A stretch of 54,544 bases of DNA, the filler included, from Stramenopiles sp. TOSAG23-6 (Eukaryota), in the NCBI GenBank assembly GCA_900128565.1. It is 4 parts of 4 records of this genome, joined end to end, with 100 filler letters (N's around TTAATTAATTAA, not from the genome) between each part and the next. Parts side by side here need not be neighbours in the genome. Positions count along the whole stretch, not along the records: positions 13,790 to 27,344 come from LT636163.1; positions 27,445 to 40,991 come from LT636164.1; 2 more parts are not named here. One strand, given 5' to 3'. The notes beneath the pieces are model-generated. The model was given only the letters and a program-made list of their open reading frames with translations, searched no databases and was not told where the DNA came from. Made by a program: the position numbers and the translations under genes. Numbering within the stretch: the first letter of the stretch is position 1; every line of letters starts with the position of its first letter. Shown here one piece after another: positions 18,074 through 30,739 of the stretch.

Positions 18074-21000
18074 ATGTTACAGATCGCATACATTAAAACG
18101 TTGATCATACTCCTTTTAAGTCAAAAAGGAAACGCGAGTGGGACTTATTTTTTTGCTGCAACACGGAAGGATATTAATAATAATCAACCTCCTAGTGGAA
18201 GTACTGCTGGCGGGGGTATATTTGAAGTTAAATTGTACAACCGTGTTCATGATACCGACCCCACTAAGACCGGTGCGGAAACATACAAACACGATATAGT
18301 AATAAGTTCATTTGCGTTCAATGATCCAATTGCTCCAGGTGGGTTTAAATATAAAGACGCTGATGGCGATGGTAAAGATATATCCCTGCAATATGTAACT
18401 GTAGATGGTGCAGCGGCAGAGTGTAACATATCTACATCTCCATATTCTTTAGAGTGTGTATACCCACCAGTAGAAGACTTGGGAGCAGAGTTGGAAGTAA
18501 GCTATATACTAAGTACCTCTCATTATACGCAATCCCTCTATGACATGACCGCAGGATATTGCAGTGATGAGAGTAAGAACAAAAGTGAGGGAAATAATCA
18601 GTGTTTGGATGTAAGTGATTGTGGAAACACAAAAGGCTGTGAAGTGAGGTCGTATGATAATGAATGTGTTAGATCCACAGATTCAACAAAATGTGGAAAC
18701 AATAATGGTAATTTCGTCAAAACTGGAACTTGTCGAGAAGACACAGGAAAACCATGCAGTGATGCTACTACTCAAGGAGATTGTGAAAAGAATACAATTC
18801 CCAAAAGGGTAGAGTATTGTAAATGGAATTCCTCTTCTTGTGAAAGAAAGAATATTGACGAATGTGTAGTCGAAAGAAGAGAATATCGACCATTCACTGT
18901 AAATCTTGATCCACCAAAGATTTATAATATAAGTGGTTGTACTAAATCGACCTCAAAGGAGACCGTCACATCCAATTGTCCGCGCCAAGGAGGTACAAAA
19001 ATTACAATTAATGGTATGAATTTTGGTGAATGGGGTGCAGTTGTTCTTGTAGATGGAAAAACTTGTAAGAATGTTCAACACATAAGTACTCGTTATAGCA
19101 ACACTAATACCAGCATAAATGGCTTGTGTAAAGATACATGCTTGAGAACTGCCAAAAACTTAACCGATTGCTATAATGATCATCGCCCAAAATTATCGTT
19201 TGGTACTAGACAAACAAATGAGTGCAAATTCGAAAATTACGAGTGTGTTCAAACTACTGCATTTGACTGTAGTACTCTTGAAACAAGAACTGACTGCGAT
19301 AGTAAGAGCGGTTGTGGATGGTTTGGATCAAATAATACCGAAGCTTTTGCTAAGTATTGTGGAATAAACCCTCCAGCGCCAACTCCAACTCCAACAAAGC
19401 AAGATATCAAATATTTTGCAGGAAAGTGTTCAAGTAGTTATACATCACAAACAACATGTGCCTTAACCACAGACGGTACAAAAACATGGTCTTGCGCCAA
19501 CACTGCAAAGCACACCACATTAGAGTGCATCCTTCCTGAAATGAACCTTCCAGGTAAAGACGAGTATAAAAATGTACAAGTCATTGTAGAGGGAGCTGTT
19601 TCGAGCGCAGCATCGCTTATCAAATACCAGACCTGTGACGCAGGTCAAGTTCAAGACAGTTTTCATTGCTCGGGGTGTAGTCCTGGAAAATTCTCCACGT
19701 TACCTGATTCGACGTCGTGCACCACATGTACCGATATGACAGAATACGCAGCATGTACAAGTTCAGGGATGTGTAATTCATGCCCTACCAATAGCTCACG
19801 TCACTCAAGTTTGACATCGTGTACATGCAATGGAGGATACTTTGCGTTAGATCCGGATATCATAGACCAACAAGGGACTTGTTCGGATGAAACCAAAGTT
19901 ACAAAGGTTGATTGTATAACAACTGGTGCGGGTACATGTAGTGAAACCAAATATAATAATCAACGAGTTCAATGTTTAGATAGTGGAACTTGCTACATAG
20001 GGAAATGTTCTAATTCATCTTTTACGAATAAAAAGATTTGCGAGAAAAACACAGAAACATGGACAAGTGATGGTTATTGCTCAGATGAAACAAAAACTAC
20101 AGAAAATCTCTGTACTACAGCAAAAGGTACATGGACAAACTTTGAAGATGAAGGAAGTTGTACAGACAACAAAAGTACGAATAAAACGGATTGTGAAAAA
20201 GAAAAGAATGGAACATGGAACAGTACTAAAAGTTTGTGTAGTGATAATACGAGTAAAACAGAGAACGATTGTACGAAAAATAAGTTTACTTGGACCTATA
20301 AAATTACTACAAAACCTGATTGTACAGCGCATGATCCCACCGGCTCATGGGCACACACAAATACGTGGACGTCAAAAAACACATGGGTGATACGAAAATC
20401 TGGAACTGGAACTTGTTCTGATCCCACACATACAAGTGAAACAAGTTGCATACAAAGTGGTGAATGTTCTGATAGTGGAAAAGTATGGAAAAGTAGCGAT
20501 GGTGCGAAGCCTACTGATATCAAAGCTCTGTCCAAAGCAGACTGTATAAAGTATTCAATGACATGGACAAGTAAGAATGTGTGGAATGATGGATGCAAAA
20601 GCACATTAAAATGTTATCCTCTTGAATCAAAGCCAGGTCAAATAGTACTTGGTGTCGATGTATCTTTTATTTTTTTCAATTTCTAATTTATTTATTTTTC
20701 GTACGAAATTCCGTACCTAACAAATTTTACAAAAAAAATATATTTTTCACAATACATGGACTTCAAAGTAATACAGCGGGTCTATATGCTCCAGATACTG
20801 CTGATAAACCATTGGATTACTTTACTGAAACATTTACAGGTACAATATCAAATTTCCAAATGAAGATTTCCCCAGGATATTGGCAAGATCCAAAAGCATT
20901 TCGAAGTTATATCTTAAACATAGAGAAAGATGGTCTGTTTAATTTACCGACTACTACAGGTAACCGAAGATTAGAAACAAGTTCTGATGATAGTAGTACG

Positions 21001-23498
21001 ACTGTTACTTTTCCATGGACTCAACGATATGTTGGTTTATTTGAACTTTGTCCTGGTGATGCTATATATTGCTTAGGTGGTACTAGCTGGAATGCATGTG
21101 ATGTGGGACATGATCCAAATGCACCACTATGTGCCTATTGTCTCCCTGGTTATCAGCAAAATGCTGACTATGGGTGTGATAAGTGTAGTTCAAAAGGTAA
21201 CACTATTCTGTACATTTTCGCGCTTTTTGTTGCGTTTGTTGCAATAATTCTTATTGCTGTTTACGCGTGGAAGTATGTCTCTAAGCTGGCATTCTTTGCT
21301 AGCTGGGCGCAAGCACAACAAGATTTCTCTGAAGGTGCAAAGGATCTCAATGAGTCTTTTGGACTATGTGAACAGTGGTCAATGCTCATTCGTATACAAA
21401 GTGACAAGAGTGATTATACACCTGGCTCAATGCGAGGTGGTGCAACACAAAAGCTTAAAATTTTGATTGGTCTCATTCAAGTGGTTGCTGCACTTCAAAG
21501 TGCGATACAAATTCAATGGCCGCAATCTGTTCAGAACTTGTTTAAGAAATTAGATATCGTTAATTTTAATTTTATTGCTATGTTAGAGTTGAACTGTCTT
21601 AATGACACCTTTAGCTTCCGAAGTTGGTTTCTTATGATTTGCGCAATGCCAATGTTTCTATTAGCATTTATGCGCATTTTGGAAATATTGTATATACATG
21701 TTTTTCTACGATGTAAGAAAGATCTATCACAGGATGAAAAGAAACAGAAAATAGAAACGGCTCAATCTACTTTATTCCGTGTGAACTTGGTTTTACTCTT
21801 TTTGATGTATCCTCAAGTTGTACAAGTTATTTGCAAAATGCTTAGACCTTGTCATGAACTCTTGTCAGGTAAAAGGTGGTTACATGCAGACTATCAAGTT
21901 AATTGTGATGACAACCAGCACACAATATATATTATACTCGCCTTTATTGCTACATTGTTGTACATTATTGGTATACCTGGATGGTTTCTTTTTTTATTAT
22001 ATAGGAAAAAAACTGATTTATACGAACAAACGCCTCCACACACAGATGGTGCATTTTATTCTGAAGCATCTGGTGGTTGGCATCGATGGAATGATGACCT
22101 GTTACCAACATTGGGTTTCTTGTATTATGCATATGAGCCTAAGTTTTATTGGTGGGAAGTTTTAGAAATGATTCGAAAGCTGTTTTTTGCTGGTATAATT
22201 GTCTTGATAACACCAGGTTCTCCATCTCAGGTTGTTGTTGGTTTGCTTTTATCATTTGCTTTTACTGTTATCAGCGCATATTGTGAACCATACATTAGTG
22301 ACACTGATGATATTACGGCACTGATAGCACATACCCAGATTGCAATGATTCTATTTAGCGCTTTGTTGATTAAAGCTGACGTAAGTAGTGCAGATAATTA
22401 TGATGAGGATACTTTTGGTGCTGTTATTCTTTTTGTCATTCTTGTTCCTGTCATCTTGTGTATTCTAATGATTGTAGCGCTTGTTTTTATGCCTCCGTTT
22501 GAGAGTTGGCGTTTCGATGTAAATCGACGTAATAAGCTTGGTCTTAAGCCAATTTCGTTTTGTAGTTATATGCATCGTGTTTGGGTTCAAAATGAAAAAG
22601 AGTCAATAGACGAGGATAAACTTGCGTCAGTGTATATGAATCCATGTATGTTTTATTTTTTTTCAAATTCGAATTTATTTTTCGTACGAAATTTTGTGCC
22701 TAACGATTTTTTTTTGAAATATTTTTCCAAAATACATCTGTTACGACAAAGATGAGTCACTGTAGAAAATCAATTGCAGAATTTCAGGAACACGCAGAGA
22801 AGGCAGGTTTTTTACTTACTCATATATTGAAAGTTTTTTCTCGATTAGATATTTTACTTGAAGGACTTGCTCAAGCAGAGATTGATGAAGAACGCGGCAA
22901 TCAATTTCATGTTCGCTTTGAGCATGCTTTAGATCAATTAGTTTGTATATTTGATGATTTGAGTGGAGCTAGTCTCAAGCTTGAGGATGTGTATGAGTTG
23001 AATTCTCGAATGGTCGAACTTGAAATTTATGTTTGTGGGAATACAAAAGCAAAGAAAAGTGTTTTAGAGGAAAAAAGTATGAATGGCGATCAAGACATAG
23101 ACTCAAAGACAAAACCAGAAGATACCAAAGTTACAGTGAATGGTGTTGTGGACAAGGATGAATCTTCTTTTGTAGATGCAGAGGGAAAACAGTTAGTTGA
23201 TGAGCAAGCTGCTGAATATGACGAATTGTTTGGTAAAGAATCTGATATTGTAGTTGAGTTGACACGCGTGCTTTTAAATGTGAAGAAGCTTCGTCGGCGT
23301 TTGATGAGTAGAGTTGGAAATAGAAAACATTTGATTCATTCAAAAATCAAAATCAAAAAGTCGTTGTTCTCCTTCAATAAGCTACTTGTAAAGCCTGGCA
23401 AACTTTTGAAGAAACTGCCAAGCATAAAAATTGGTAAACGAAAAAATAATACTGTAAAAGGTGAAGATGTTCGTGTTGATGTTGGTTCTAAAGATTAA
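18074..23498 (+). CDS. Large Cys-rich multi-pass membrane/receptor-like protein; exons 18074-20659, 20758-22645, 22738-23498
   Basis: Signal peptide, IPT/TIG-like CPRQGGTKITINGMNFG, CSPGKFS and GTCSD repeats, then a multi-TM block with KLKILIGLIQV and GFLYYAYEPKFYWWEVLEMIRK. Confidence 0.85.
20660..20757 (+). mobile_element. Introner-like intron GT...AT, 98 nt, AT direct repeat
   Basis: gat|gtatctttt...cacaatacat|gga; joins ORF 18062 to the frame of ORF 20812. Confidence 0.8.
22646..22737 (+). mobile_element. Introner-like intron GT...AT, 92 nt, AT direct repeat
   Basis: ccat|gtatg...aatacat|ct; joins ORF 20812 to the frame of ORF 22752. Confidence 0.8.
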
Positions 23499-23725
23499 TT
23501 GTCGGTGAATCAAAAAACTTTTGGAACTAACCTGCTCAAATATAATAAAAAAATGACAGAAATCAAAAATATTACCTTTTTTTTGTTGAATACGCGTGTC
23601 CTCGTCAACAACACCAGTAGTAGACTGACTTCCGAACAATAAGCGCGACACTCTCTCTTCGAAACATCACACTATCTAAACACAAATCCTTGTTCATTAC
23701 TGATACCGACGTTGTCGCTGTAGGC

Positions 23726-26700
23726 ATGTCCACAAGTCACTTGGGTATGGGTGATATGTGTGGAGTTCCGAATGGCTGGGGCGACGTAGGTTTAGTTGCT
23801 TCGAATCAACCATTCGTGCGGCCACTGTTTGCTGTAGGCAGAGAAAATAAAAATATTAGTGGTGTGGATGCAGTTTGTGACACTGCAAGTCTTGTTGATG
23901 GTGCTTGTGGTTCACTCACTAGTAATACTAGGTAAGTGTATAATTCTTAAATTGGCTCACTCTATCCATGAAATTTCTTCTCATTTACATTTGTGTGTAG
24001 TCTTATGTTTTTCTAGATACAGTCTTCTTCTCTTTTACCCGTATTTATAAATGAAACACTATGTGAGATTGCATGTATCTACAAACAGATTTCATTCAAA
24101 GATGATCATGGCAGTTTATTTTTGTCTTGTGTATTTTTTCATCAATTTTGTTGTATAAATGTTAGGCTTTTTCAACTCACTTTTTGCTATTTTTTCATGA
24201 ACTTCATTCCACAGCTTACCTCCTACTGATCAAGCGACGCAGGCTATGGAAGCGCTTGGTTTGGGCACAACATTTGGGGCTTCTGTAGTTATGAATGAAA
24301 CACAATCAGTTGGTGCTCTACGTAGTTTAGGTGGTGAACGTTTTCATTCACAGCGGCATGAACCTCCCAGTGCCATTGGTAATATAGGTAACGTGAAACG
24401 TCAGGAATCACCAAGCGCTCTCTCTAGTTCTTTTGGCAATAAATTCCCCCAACTTGTCCCGGATAGTCTTTGTACAACACAACCTTTGATTCCTAGTGTA
24501 AATAATGCTCATAACCAAACGTATAATTCCCTTGAAAAAAAGAGAAATATTTCTCGACGAAGAGATTCTCGTCATTTGATAGGTGGTATGTTTTCTAATG
24601 AGCTTTCTACTGGTTATTTTAAGTCACAAAATGAAAGTAGCGTTCATGATAACAACATATCCACAACATTGGATGATATTCATGTTGCGGATAAATCGTT
24701 TCTGTTTGGATCATCTCATTCAAAATTCAGATGTGAGCAGAATACGTGTACGTTTTCATTTCAATTTCGAATTTATTCTTTTTTATAAGAAATTTTGTAC
24801 CTAACAAAAATATTTTGAAATATTTTTTCACAATAACTTACGAAACACGAAATCTGAAACTCCAATGGTACAAAGTCCCCCATTACCCATTCCATTGTAT
24901 TGTACTGAAGATAATGGTACATATCTCAGGCAACAACGACAAAGGAAATCTTCATTTGTACCAAGCAATAGTATAAATATGTGGAGTGTGCAACACAAAA
25001 CACAAAAACAAAATACAGATCAATGTGCGTTTTCTTCATCATGAATTTTAAATTTTTTTTCGTACGACATTTTGTACCTAACGATTTTTATAAAAAAAAT
25101 ATTTTTTCACAATATATGTGCGACTTGGATTCCTTCTTCTCTTGTTGGAACATCTCCATCTCTAGTTAATGTGAATAGAAACACTCTGGACAATGATGCT
25201 GGAGCGTTGCGACATCATCAATATACAAATAGTTCATCATATCGACGAAGTATGAATCAAGCGATTCTTAACCCTAACCCTAACAGTATGAATCATCAAG
25301 CGATTCTTTCCAGCTCGTCACCGAATAAAGAAACTACACAATCAAAAAGTCAGTATAATTCACAGTTTCATGGACGATCTAATGTGATATCTCCAAGAAG
25401 TGTATCTCCAAGAAATGATATGTGTAACAGCATGAACGAAAATACTAAAAATATGTCATGTATCCAAACTAGCTATAATAATCAAGGTAATTTATCTGTT
25501 AAAAAATCACCAAATAATCAAGGTAATTTATCTGTTAAAAAATCACCGAAACAAAGATCTTTCTTAGCTGCAGCACGTATGGCTCCAGTAGTTCATACAC
25601 CAATTGCTGTAAAGACAGGCTTTTCAAATACACCAATTGCTGTAAAGACAGGCTTTTCAAGGATACGACAAACAAGTCCAAATTTTAATGTTGTTTCAAG
25701 TCCTGTTTCGGAAACTCAGACGCCTGGATTTCACCGTAATAAAATTCTCAGTAAGAACGATAAGTACACATCTGAATCGACTTGCTTCAATAAAGACAAA
25801 AGAAATTCCAATAATGGTGGTTGGCTAAAAGTACCGTTGAGATCTCAGGGCACTGACACTAACCCTAATAACACTAATACGAAACAATATGAAGATTTTG
25901 AAGAAATTGTTCCTGGTGCACATCCTAATAAGGGAAGTAATTCACCACAGAAATCAATTACGCGGCTTTCTTTAAGAAGTGGTGGGCTTCCTACAACTCC
26001 TGTTGTTCCACTCTCTGTAAAACGAACCACAACTCCTGTCTGGACTGCTGTTTGCAATAAAGGGAAATGTACAGAACGAAGACGTCTTGATCGAGAACAA
26101 ATAGAACGAAAACGTCTTGATCGAGAACAAATAGAACGAAAACGTCTTGATCAAGAACAAATAGAAGCCGAATTACAATTAAAACAGAAAGAAGCTGAAT
26201 TACAATTAAAACAGAAAGAAACGAATAAATCAGCTGAATTACTGAAAATACAAGAAGAACAAATACAAGGTAAACAAAAGAATAATAAAAAGAAGCAAAA
26301 GCAAAAGAAAGCAAAGGAAGAAGCCAGGGAGGAAGCTGAAGCAGAAATATCTGTTTTGAAAGAGACATCGAATTATCGAAAGCAAAACGTCGAAATTGAA
26401 AAACCAATAGAAAAACTTCCAGCCAAAGTTCTACGAGCCAGAGCAAAGGCAAAAGCCAAAGCTGATGCCGACGCTGCTCGTATTGAAATTGCTGCACGTG
26501 TAGATGCAATAGAATTACCAAAGTCGAATGGTGAACACGAAATACCGTTGGAGTGTCCGGATGCTTTGGATATTCATATAAATACCAAGGATTTGCGTCA
26601 CAAAAAAAAGAAGAAACGAGGGAAGAAGAAAAAGAAAAAGAGGAAAAAGAAGCAGTCAGCTGATAATAGTGGTAGTGTCGATGGTGCATTTGGTAGCCGT

Positions 26701-27261
26701 AAAGAGTCCAATGAGACCGCTGCATGTGTAGTTATGAGTTGTGCATTTTGTGCAAACTTACTATCCAGAGAAGTCCTGAAACAATGTGCCCGTTGTCGTC
26801 GTGCTATGTATTGTTCGCGAAAGTGTCAAACTTCTCATTGGGAAACTCATCGTTTGCGCTGTCAGAGAGTAGCAGTGCCTCTTATTGGTGCAGATGAAAA
26901 ACGAACTGTAAGACGAATGCGCAAAGCAGCAAAAAATATGCCGCGTATAAACAATGGCGATGGCATGATGTTTTCCAAATCTGGAATTTCTCCATCTGAT
27001 GTTGGGAAAGCAATGGCATTGGCTTGTCAAGCAGGATCTTGCCCTTCAAGCTTTGCATCAAATTCACTAACACAGGAAGGATTATCTGTTACTCTTCGAT
27101 TGTGGTTGCTTGGTCTTTCTTCACCCGATAGTTCTGTTCGGCTTGAGACAACTCGTCATATTCGAACTGTCTTGTCTAAAGCCGAGGCATTGCCTCTGGT
27201 TGGTAAACTTATGGGTGCAGGTGTTGTACCACTTCTCGTTGAATTCCTTGAACATCATCAT
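23726..27261 (+). CDS. MYND zinc-finger protein with importin-alpha-like ARM start; exons 23726-23931, 24215-24747, 24839-25024, 25118-27261, 3' end missing
   Basis: CAFC...CARCRRAMYCSRKCQTSHWETHRLRC; GLSSPDSSVRLETTRHIRTVLS...GVVPLLVEFL. Confidence 0.75.
23932..24214 (+). other. Canonical GT-AG intron, 283 nt, unrelated to the repeat family
   Basis: ag|gtaagt...ttccacag|c, phase 2, joins ORF 23690 to the frame of ORF 24246. Confidence 0.7.
24748..24838 (+). mobile_element. Introner-like intron GT...CT, 91 nt
   Basis: acgt|gtacgtttt...cacaataact|ta; cutting at the consensus-aligned position opens exon 24839-25024. Confidence 0.7.
25025..25117 (+). mobile_element. Introner-like intron GT...AT, 93 nt, AT direct repeat
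   Basis: caat|gtgcgtttt...cacaatatat|gt; contains an in-frame TGA. Confidence 0.8.
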
Positions 27262-27344
27262 GTATGTTTTATTTTTTTTCAAATTGAAGTTTTTTTTCGT
27301 ACGAAATTTTGTACCTAACGATTTTTTTTGAAATATTTTTCCAA
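27262..27344 (+). mobile_element. Introner-like intron (contig ends inside it)
   Basis: cat|gtatgtttt...gtacctaacg...gaaatatttttccaa. Confidence 0.75.
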
Positions 27345-27444
27345 NNNNNNNNNNNNNNNNNNNNNNNNNNNNNNNNNNNNNNNNNNNNTTAATTAATTAA
27401 NNNNNNNNNNNNNNNNNNNNNNNNNNNNNNNNNNNNNNNNNNNN
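27345..27444. other. Artificial contig linker
   Basis: 100-nt N run containing TTAATTAATTAA. Confidence 0.98.
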
Positions 27445-30400
27445 TATGTAAAATAGTATAGAACATTGTACCTTGAAATTATAATGCATCAATGAAGTTC
27501 AAATTAAGATTCGTTTGTCAAATTATTGGCATCTTAACAACATTCAAATATTCCGTATCTGCAAGTTGTTTCCCACAACTACAAGATGTCAGAGTTCTTT
27601 CCGACAATGAGCTCAAACATTTCTTTCGCACACCTGTTGCGACGCAAACAAACGATAAAGAGAAGATTGTTGTAGTTAAAGTTCACTCTAGTCACCCGGA
27701 TGGAAATCGAGTACCATTTCGAGTAAATTCAAATCTATACTATGCGCTAGTCCCTGATGGGTACAAAGCGGGCGATGAGTTGCGCGTATTAATTAACATT
27801 GGAGAAGAGAGCTCTAATATCAAGAGCAGCCAAAAAGAAAGTCTCAATGATAGAAACATTTTTGATGCTAAAGTAGAGAAAATAAAAATTTTGCCCAAAA
27901 TTCATCGGATTTTTTCAAAGAAAGTACAAGCATTTAGTGTTGTTGCTCTACTCCGTAAAAAATGTGAATTTTCTCGGGCTCTTGAAAAAATACTGCCCTT
28001 GCTCTCAGCTGCATTTGAAACTTCGTATTTTCCTTCAAAGGACTTTTCTAATTCACAGCGCCCAGTGCACATTTTGAAAAGTTACGTTACTTCTTTTGAC
28101 GGGCTCGATTTTCGGTGGGGTGTCGTAAGTAATCATTATTGTATTTTGCTATAGTTCTTTTAATTACCTATTTTTATTCACTTTTAGTCGTCACTTTCTA
28201 ATATTTCTACACAGAACTGGAAGGTTTGCCTGCTTTACTCTTATTCTCACATTCTCCGCCTTCAGTACGCGGTTTTCAAAGTGCAAGGACAATTGGATCT
28301 TTCGACCGGGAAGGAATTTTATTGGTTAATGATGATAATGATAGTGAAATTTCTATCGGAAATCTAAATATGCCTTTACACTTTTCATTTAATCAGGATG
28401 ACCTTAATCCTAACACACCAAATGCAGAAATCCATGAAGATGACATAAATGTCATTACATACTTTAGAAATATCTTTTTACTTTTGTTTGGAAATATTTA
28501 CAAAACAATAACACAAACAGACACTTTGATAATTAACGTTGATGAAATAATTGATTGGATTCGATTTTCAGCTTCTCGAATTACGGGACTGTATCCAATA
28601 TGTCGTTTAAAGTCTGTGAGCAGTTTAAAAAAACATCTTTTTAAGGATCTGAAAGTTGACCAACTTCAACAAAATATAACAAATGTACAACATTGTCCGG
28701 CAAATATGTTTGTGGATGAAAATTGGGCCATTGAAAATGTGAAAGAAAATGGAATAATAAAAGACATAGAAGAAAATAATGTGAAAGAAAAAACTTCTGT
28801 ATTTACGATTGATTTACCAGTTCCATTAAGTAGATACCATATCAATTGTTTACTTTTTCTATCAGGACTTTTGATTCTAGGTCGTCTTATCAGTACATAT
28901 ATACAATAAATACAAATTAGATCAAAATTTGAGATTTCATACTTTATTTATTTAAATTGTAAATTGCCTGTAAGTCTTTGGAATCTACTTACAAGTCCTG
29001 AGTACTCAGCGAATAGTTCAAGAAATTCTTTTCTCGCCTTTGTTGAACGGAGAAGCGGCTGTATAGTTTTTCGTCTGGTCGTTGTATTTGAATCTTTCTG
29101 AAGGTCAGAAATAATTTTCTGTTCTTCATTTCTTAGCTTCTTTATCTTATCTATCGGAGAGTCTCCATATTTCTGCTTAAGAGTAGATAAGAGTGCCTTT
29201 TCTCTTCCTCTATACTTATCCAATTGCTGGACAAGGCTACCAGGTTCACTTGAAGTTGTAGAGAATCCNGAATTATGTACATAGAAATTGTATATTGATT
29301 CGATTTCTTCAATAATATGAGCTTGATCCGAATCAGGAACATTAAATGTAGATAAGTGAGATCGAAGAACTTTTATCATACCTCGACATTCTTTTGAAGC
29401 AGTCTTTAGCATTGCTACATTGTTATTGGCTAGACGTAACTGAACGTTGCGTTGTTTCTTAACTGTATTTATGTCTTCTTCTCCTCCTGAGCTATCAATA
29501 TCAGAGTCTCCCCACATGTTTGGTGCATTCCTTGCGATTTCATCTTCTAATGCTTCCTGTGCTGCTTGCTGATGCTCTTCTAATATATTTTGATGGTTTA
29601 ATTTTGCCAATTTCTTTGCTACAAGCGCCTCATCTTGTTCTTCTTTAAGCTTTGTTGTGAATTCATTTTGTGTAATGTTCCGAACTGCTTGGAGACTATC
29701 TTCATGCTGTTGTATCAAAACACCAAACTCCTTTTCACTTTGCTGTTTTTGGAGTATCAGTTCATTCTGGTACTCTTCCTTTGTGTCTTGTTCTGTTTGG
29801 ATCATAACTTGTTTGTCCTCTTCATAATTTGCTATATGTTCCTTCTGTTTTTCCAAAAAGTGGTTCATTTTTTCCTGTGACACAGCTTCTTCATTTGCTA
29901 ACCACCGATTTCGAAATGTTTCGAATTCATCCTCGAGAGTTCGTGTCATTACTACTTTGACCTCATCTTCGAATAAATTTCGCTGTTTTGTCATCTCTTT
30001 CATATGACTTTCATTTAGCGACACTTCTTGCAACAATATTTCATGTTTGTATCGAATAGCTTGTTCTTGATACTCTTCATTATGTTTCTGTAATGTTTTC
30101 ACGAGTTCATTCTCCGATTTGTTGTCTTGTTTTAGTGAATGCAATAATGCCTCATTGCTGTGATGCTCTGCCTCATATGTGGTTTTCAATAATGCCTCAT
30201 TGCTGTGATGCTCTGCCTCATATGTGGTTTTCATGGACTTCACATGTTCCTCGTGGTTTCTGGAGCTTTCTTTGTGAAGTTTTAACAATGACAAATATTC
30301 ATCTTTAAGCATTTTCCCGTTTTCTGGACTATTTTCATGTTCATTTTGCTGCAAAAGATTTGCTTCATAATCTTCCAATTCTCGAATGCGTGTAATATAT

Positions 30401-30685
30401 TTCTTTCTCTCGTTTTTGTTTACTTGAACCATCTGTTTTATCATAGCCTGCGTTGAAAATTCATTTTGTTTTGCCTGGTTTGAAAATGATTCTTTCACTT
30501 GATGTATTTCATTTCGATATCTAGTTTTATCTGCTTCGGTTGCCCTGCCTAATCGACGAACTTCTTTATTTACGCTTTCCTGGGTTACTCTCATTGAGGA
30601 TATTTCTTCTTTCAAAAGAATTTCACTTTTTCGCATCTCTTTTACTTTTTCTTCATGTTTATCTCTCATCTGTTGTTGTTCGTTT
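27445..30685. repeat. Left arm of a 3241-bp inverted duplication (partner 37751-40991)
   Basis: Mirror ORFs have identical translations; coordinates sum to 68436; even the single N is shared. Confidence 0.95.
27492..28909 (+). CDS. Secreted/membrane protein with thioredoxin-like segment; one intron from 28125 (acceptor ambiguous, 28214-28223)
   Basis: Signal peptide, CEFSRALEKILPLLSAAF, FRWGV..GLPALLLF, C-terminal hydrophobic helix. Confidence 0.6.
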
Positions 30686-30739
30686 CGCATCTCTTTTACT
30701 TTTTCTTCATGTTTATCTCTCATCTGTTGTTGTTCGTTT
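28948..30739 (-). pseudogene. Duplicated 3' part of the coiled-coil gene (probable chimera)
   Basis: Identical to the 3' part of ORF 35262-39488; no own start; fused to RPA1 sequence. Confidence 0.6.

Noticed and set aside
20660-20757. U12-type (AT-AC/minor spliceosome) introns
   Set aside because: Only this copy has a GTATCTTT donor; the family lacks RTATCCTT, the branch-to-end distance (~34-50 nt) exceeds typical U12 spacing, and the AC-ended reading creates a stop at 46955-47053.
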